From a virus: a DNA stretch of 64,000 nt. Under the pieces are notes generated by a model. The model was not told the DNA's origin, did not search any database, and saw only the letters and a program-made list of their open reading frames with translations. Shown here in pieces: positions 59,705-64,000 of the stretch; the first letter of the stretch is position 1, and every line of letters begins with the position of its first letter. The stretch spans positions 1-64,000 of IMG/VR virus record IMGVR_UViG_3300032326_002451. One strand, given 5' to 3'. The position numbers and the translations under genes are program-made.

Positions 59705-59762
59705 GACAAAATAAAAAACCGCTGACTTAGTTACCATCAGCGGTTTCAATTATATTTTACCA
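59705..59762 (-). promoter_or_regulatory. Extended -10 (TGGTAAAAT) followed by a leader hairpin with U tract
   Basis: Stem AAACCGCTGA/TCAGCGGTTT at 59716-59746 with an 11-nt loop, then TTTATTTT before the SD. Confidence 0.6.
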
Positions 59763-59852
59763 CTTTTCTCATAAATTTCCCTTTTATAGAATGATTTATG
59801 TATATTTTGTCGAATAATATATTACAGCACTATAAAGCTGCGGAGGTGAGTT

Positions 59853-60212
59853 ATGTTCCACCAAACTATCGTTGGCAAGCCAAAACATTGTTTGAATAGA
59901 AATTGTAAAACTCCTTTCTTTAAGGAATCTCATTTAGGATGGTTGCCAAAGTCAGAAGTAGAAGTTTATGCAATCATGAGATGCCCAAAATGCAAAGATA
60001 CATTTGCAGTTGTTCAATTGATATCTATGGCGCATGATTACAAAACTGCTCTACCAAAAGACCCAAGTCAAGTTTCTCCTTCTGGACCTATAACAAAAAA
60101 AGAACTCACGAATTTCAAAAAGAAACTTGATAACAAAGATTCATTAAAAAGTTTATTAGAAGGATACAAACCTGGAGGGTCTGTTATTTCTGAAGACGAC
60201 ACTGACATCTAA
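59853..60212 (+). CDS. Zinc-binding hypothetical protein
   Basis: GGAGGT SD; CLNRNC...CPKC. Confidence 0.7.
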   Translation: MFHQTIVGKPKHCLNRNCKTPFFKESHLGWLPKSEVEVYAIMRCPKCKDTFAVVQLISMAHDYKTALPKDPSQVSPSGPITKKELTNFKKKLDNKDSLKSLLEGYKPGGSVISEDDTDI

Positions 60213-60229
60213 TCCTGTACAATACTTTT

Positions 60230-61942
60230 ATGAGTATTGCAGTAGGAATAGATTTAGGTAGTACATTTAGCGTAGTTTCTTATGTAAAAGCAGATGGAAG
60301 TATTGAGGTAATTCCTAATTCAGAAGGAAACCGCATTACACCATCTGTTTTTGCAATTGATGACCAGTCGCAAATTATGATTGGCGATTTGGCTTCAGAA
60401 TACGAATTAGTTTATCCGGAAAGAGTTGTTAGATTAGTCAAGAGAAACATGTCTGATGGCATGAATAAAATTTATAATTTTGACAATTTTGTTAATTCAA
60501 TAAAATTATCTCCTTGCGAAATATCTTCTGAAATATTAAAGAAACTTAAAAAAGATACAGAAGATTATTTAGGAGAAGAAATTAAAGAAGCTGTGATTAC
60601 AGTGCCAGCTTATTTTAATAACAGTGAAAGAGAAGCAACAAAAGCCGCTGGAGAATTGGCAGGGCTGAAAGTTCTAAGAATTATCAATGAGCCTACTGCA
60701 GCATCTTTAGCTTATGGTCTTGATAAGAACAATGATTCGACAATCTTGGTATACGACCTTGGCGGGGGTACTTTTGATGTTACTGTACTTAAGCTATCTG
60801 ATGGTTGTGATTTTCATGTCCTATCAACTTCAGGAGACACAAAACTTGGAGGAGCAGATTTCGATTCTGCTTTAGGAATTATTATTCAAAATAAATTTGG
60901 CTTTCATATTGAATCTTCCGAATTGAGATCTTTAGCTGAAAAAACCAAAAAAATGCTATCACAATTACAAATAGCAAATGTTCGATACGCAGGACAGCAA
61001 GTTTCAATAAATAGAGAAGAATTTGAACAATCAATTGATAGTTTGATTATGGAAACTAAACATTGTATAGATCAAGCCTTGTCTGATGCAAATTTGAGCA
61101 TAAATGATATAGATGAGGTGGTTTTTGTAGGTGGATCAACAAGAATCCCATACGTTGCTCAAAAAGTGCAAGAATGGCTAAATAAAAGGCCAAATAAGTC
61201 AATCAATCCAGATGAAGCTGTTTCCGTGGGTGCAGCAATTCAAGCTTCTGTTCTTTCGGGTAATTCAAAAAAAGAAGTTTATTTGTTAGATGTCACTCCA
61301 TTATCATTAGGAATTGAAACTCAAGGTGGTTTCATGACAACTATGATCAAGAGAAACACACAAGTGCCTACAGAATTTAAAGAGACTTTTACTACAGCTA
61401 CTGATAACCAAACAGAAGTAGATGTCAAGGTCTTTCAGGGCGAAAGACCAAGAGTAATTAATAATCATTTTTTGGGAGAGTTTAATTTAGAAAATATTAA
61501 TGCAGCACCTCGTGGAATTCCAAAGATTGATGTTGTTTTTGAGGTTGATGCTAACGGTATTGTGTTTGTCAAAGCAATTGATGAAAACACAAAAGAAGAA
61601 AAATCTATGGTTTTGTCTGGAGCAAGTAGTCTATCAAGCTTAGATGTTAATAAAATGCTTCAAGATGCAGAAGATAATAAAGCCAAGGATGAAAGAGACA
61701 GAACCATAAAGAAGTTGACAGATTATCTCATAGATTGTAAAATTCAAATAACTCATCTTCTGAAGTCTGATATTTTGAATAAATCAGAAATCAATGAACT
61801 GATTGACTTAAAAAAATCTATTGACAATGATATAAATTCTGAAAATGTAGAATTTTTATCTTCTTTGTCAGAGTCAGCTAAAGATTTGTTAGAAGTTTTA
61901 TCTGATAAAGTTCATGAAGAAGCAAGTAAATTATTATTATGA
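60230..61942 (+). CDS. dnaK: Hsp70/DnaK chaperone, shortened and atypical
   Basis: GIDLGST, TVPAYF, NEPTAA, DLGGGTFD, VGGSTRIP, LLDVTPLSLG and QGER motifs. Confidence 0.95.
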   Translation: MSIAVGIDLGSTFSVVSYVKADGSIEVIPNSEGNRITPSVFAIDDQSQIMIGDLASEYELVYPERVVRLVKRNMSDGMNKIYNFDNFVNSIKLSPCEISSEILKKLKKDTEDYLGEEIKEAVITVPAYFNNSEREATKAAGELAGLKVLRIINEPTAASLAYGLDKNNDSTILVYDLGGGTFDVTVLKLSDGCDFHVLSTSGDTKLGGADFDSALGIIIQNKFGFHIESSELRSLAEKTKKMLSQLQIANVRYAGQQVSINREEFEQSIDSLIMETKHCIDQALSDANLSINDIDEVVFVGGSTRIPYVAQKVQEWLNKRPNKSINPDEAVSVGAAIQASVLSGNSKKEVYLLDVTPLSLGIETQGGFMTTMIKRNTQVPTEFKETFTTATDNQTEVDVKVFQGERPRVINNHFLGEFNLENINAAPRGIPKIDVVFEVDANGIVFVKAIDENTKEEKSMVLSGASSLSSLDVNKMLQDAEDNKAKDERDRTIKKLTDYLIDCKIQITHLLKSDILNKSEINELIDLKKSIDNDINSENVEFLSSLSESAKDLLEVLSDKVHEEASKLLL

Positions 61943-62340
61943 ATAAACTTGATAGATTAGGATATATAGCTTCAATTATTTGTGCATTACATTGTACAGT
62001 GATGCCTTTTGTATTGGTTGTTTTTCCTATTTTGAGTTTGTCTTTGTTTGTTTCTGAAACTTTTGAGTGGTTTTTTCTTTCAGCCTCTTTACTGCTTGGT
62101 TTGACAAGTTTATGTTTTGGTTACAAAAAACATAAATCTTTGAGAGCATTTCCTTTACTTGCTTCTGGTCTTGCCTTGATTGTAGTAGGTAGAATTATGC
62201 ACCAACACACAATACATCAAAAAGAAATGCATATTGATTTATATAATGTAATTCTTTTTTGTGGTGGAATGTTAGTGGCGTTATCTCATAAAATAAATAG
62301 TTTACTTTGTAATACTTGCTCGAAATGTAACTTAAAATGA
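61939..62340 (+). CDS. MerC-family membrane protein
   Basis: DRLG..ASIICALHC..P, four TM segments, His-rich loop, terminal CxxCxxC. Confidence 0.8.
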   Translation: MNKLDRLGYIASIICALHCTVMPFVLVVFPILSLSLFVSETFEWFFLSASLLLGLTSLCFGYKKHKSLRAFPLLASGLALIVVGRIMHQHTIHQKEMHIDLYNVILFCGGMLVALSHKINSLLCNTCSKCNLK

Positions 62341-62849
62341 AAGAAAAAAATTTAGACCTATCCAATGTTGATAACTCTCTTGATCTTGAGCTTCTTCCAG
62401 TAGAAATAGATCATATAGTGGTTAATCCTGATAAAAGAGTATATGTTGTTTTAGCAAATGAAGACAGACAAAATGGAGTTGAATTAAATCCATTTGAAGC
62501 AAGTCATTTATCTTTTGTCCATAAAGGTTTACACAAAAATTCTCATATCCAAACAATGCATCAGCTATATATTAAAACCTTAGACATTATAAAATCTAAA
62601 GTTGAAGATGTTGTGATTGAATCTAAAGTTGGCGATGTAATTTATTGTTCTGTTAAAATTGTAGATAATAACCATAATCGTTATTTCACAATTGTTTCAT
62701 TAGCTGATGGACTAATATTGTCTAAAATTACAGATAGTCCCATCCATGTGATATCCAATGTTTGGTCTGAAATGGATCCTATCGATGAATGGGACTATGA
62801 AGATTATATATTAGATTTTGAAGATGATGAAGATGACGACGATCAATAA
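62337..62849 (+). CDS. DUF151/bifunctional nuclease family protein, degenerate
   Basis: FEA..L, TMHQL, V.DVVI...G.IY, DGLILS....PI.V pattern; acidic tail. Confidence 0.6.
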   Translation: MKEKNLDLSNVDNSLDLELLPVEIDHIVVNPDKRVYVVLANEDRQNGVELNPFEASHLSFVHKGLHKNSHIQTMHQLYIKTLDIIKSKVEDVVIESKVGDVIYCSVKIVDNNHNRYFTIVSLADGLILSKITDSPIHVISNVWSEMDPIDEWDYEDYILDFEDDEDDDDQ

Positions 62850-62850
62850 A

Positions 62851-63945
62851 TTACTTGATCCAAGTAATGAAGTTAAAGTCTACAGTCATCAAACCAGGAC
62901 TCAAAGAAAAGTTCGAAGTATGAACTATTGCTCTTGTTGTGTCAATATCTGAAGAAAGTAATGATGTCCAACCAAATCCAGAAGATGGAGTCAAACCACC
63001 AGAAATTTGAGCAGCATGCCAAAGTGGGTCATATATTTCCACCCTGAAGTCAGCATTCTCGTATCTTACAACACCAGGATCTTGCAATGTCATATCTGTA
63101 GTTCCTGATTGCAAAGATAAGTTTATGGCTTCATTTGCATCTAAAAATGTACTTGATCCTGTTCCGCCACTGTCAGTAAGGTTTTCAAGAAGTACAGCAG
63201 CTTTGCCACTTCCAGAAACTTTCAAGCCAGAAATACCAATAAATGGAAATTGTGTTCCTGGTTGAAAAGTGATTCCTGAGCCAGATCTTGGAGATCCATC
63301 AGCATTTGTGATTGTTAAGTTTGTACTACCTACACCAGTTGCAACATCGTAACCAGTAGCTCCTCCAAGAGTTCCCCAACCTCTGTAGTCATTCCAATCT
63401 CCTGGGATAAAGAAGTATTTCTTATCAGTACTTGCAGCAACATTGATATTTGCTGACATGACAAAATATTTTCTTGATCCAATTTGCACTCTAATATCAT
63501 AGAATTTTGCTAATCTTGTGGGAGTACCTAAAGGGTTCAAAGCTTCAATCGAGCTGCTACTAATTTCGAATGCTGAAGTATTATTTGGATCACCATCAGA
63601 TTCTAAAGTCAGGCTTACACTTGAAGCATCTTGTCCAATAGAAAAATTAGCTCCAGTAAGAATTGGAAGTACAGCAGTTTGAGGATTGAGAATTTCTCTT
63701 ATTTTTTGGTTTGCTATGTTTCTTCCATCCACAGTGGAACCAGCACCAACAAAAATAGGAGCTTCTATTGAAATTGTCTCATCAACAGTGCCAATATCCA
63801 TAACTCTGGCTTTGGGTGTACCTTGAACATAATTGATGGAGCTTGCTTGCATATTCCTATTTCTGGAAAAGCTTGATGCAACAACTTCTTTGCCACCTAA
63901 TTTTACTGACTTATATACACCAAAAAGGTTATTGTTTATAGGCAT
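62851..63945 (-). CDS. Putative tail tube-like structural protein (364 aa)
   Basis: GAGG SD; Gly/Ser/Thr-rich; two beta-rich halves with a tube-like pattern. Confidence 0.4.
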   Translation of the reverse strand: MPINNNLFGVYKSVKLGGKEVVASSFSRNRNMQASSINYVQGTPKARVMDIGTVDETISIEAPIFVGAGSTVDGRNIANQKIREILNPQTAVLPILTGANFSIGQDASSVSLTLESDGDPNNTSAFEISSSSIEALNPLGTPTRLAKFYDIRVQIGSRKYFVMSANINVAASTDKKYFFIPGDWNDYRGWGTLGGATGYDVATGVGSTNLTITNADGSPRSGSGITFQPGTQFPFIGISGLKVSGSGKAAVLLENLTDSGGTGSSTFLDANEAINLSLQSGTTDMTLQDPGVVRYENADFRVEIYDPLWHAAQISGGLTPSSGFGWTSLLSSDIDTTRAIVHTSNFSLSPGLMTVDFNFITWIK

Positions 63946-64000
63946 TCAATTTTCCTCAAACTTAATTTAATCTTAGTTATATATTTTTTGAAACCTACAG

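Noticed and set aside
59703-59735. TTGACA as a plus-strand sigma70 promoter for an antisense RNA
   Set aside because: No convincing -10 at 16-18 bp spacing; the hexamer overlaps the peptide gene's SD
53931-62849. Chaperone/protease block as bacterial chromosomal DNA
   Set aside because: No hrcA-grpE-dnaK-dnaJ order; genes are truncated or divergent; composition and promoter motifs match the flanking virion genes on both sides
1-64000. Stop-codon reassignment, tRNAs, CRISPR arrays, reverse transcriptase/DGR, transposases
   Set aside because: Code 11 gives near-complete coding density with TAA, TAG and TGA all used as stops; intergenic gaps are short and show no such structures; no RT or transposase motifs seen

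Overview
AT-rich (roughly 30% GC by eye), densely coding window read in genetic code 11, most consistent with a segment of a jumbo tailed bacteriophage. Bases 1-16322 (minus strand) carry neck, tail and head-associated genes: a tail-tube-like fusion protein, a DUF1320/Mu gp36 adaptor, a second adaptor-like protein, a degenerate PHP protein and zinc-ribbon proteins. Bases 16388-53871 (plus strand) carry a run of very large putative virion proteins (up to 2832 aa) built from shuffled and nested modules (SwmB-like, PA14-like, beta-propeller/BNR, vWA, Ig-like). A proteostasis and accessory block follows: S8, S26 and S1 proteases in tandem, DnaJ, a holin-like protein, an SF2 helicase, an atypical DnaK, MerC and DUF151. 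The most notable unannotated signals are: (i) a recurring [FY]xK[IVT][AS]Q-type motif that suggests polyprotein processing or capsid targeting; (ii) a DnaK lacking the GrpE-dependence signatures; (iii) two promoter classes, leaderless -10/ATG and a sigmaH-like AGG-N19-GAA; (iv) an unannotated 23-aa amphipathic peptide gene with a structured leader; (v) a mini-ORF overlapping a terminator, resembling an attenuator. No tRNA, rRNA, CRISPR array or mobile element was recognised. All family calls come from motif recognition by eye; no database searches were run.
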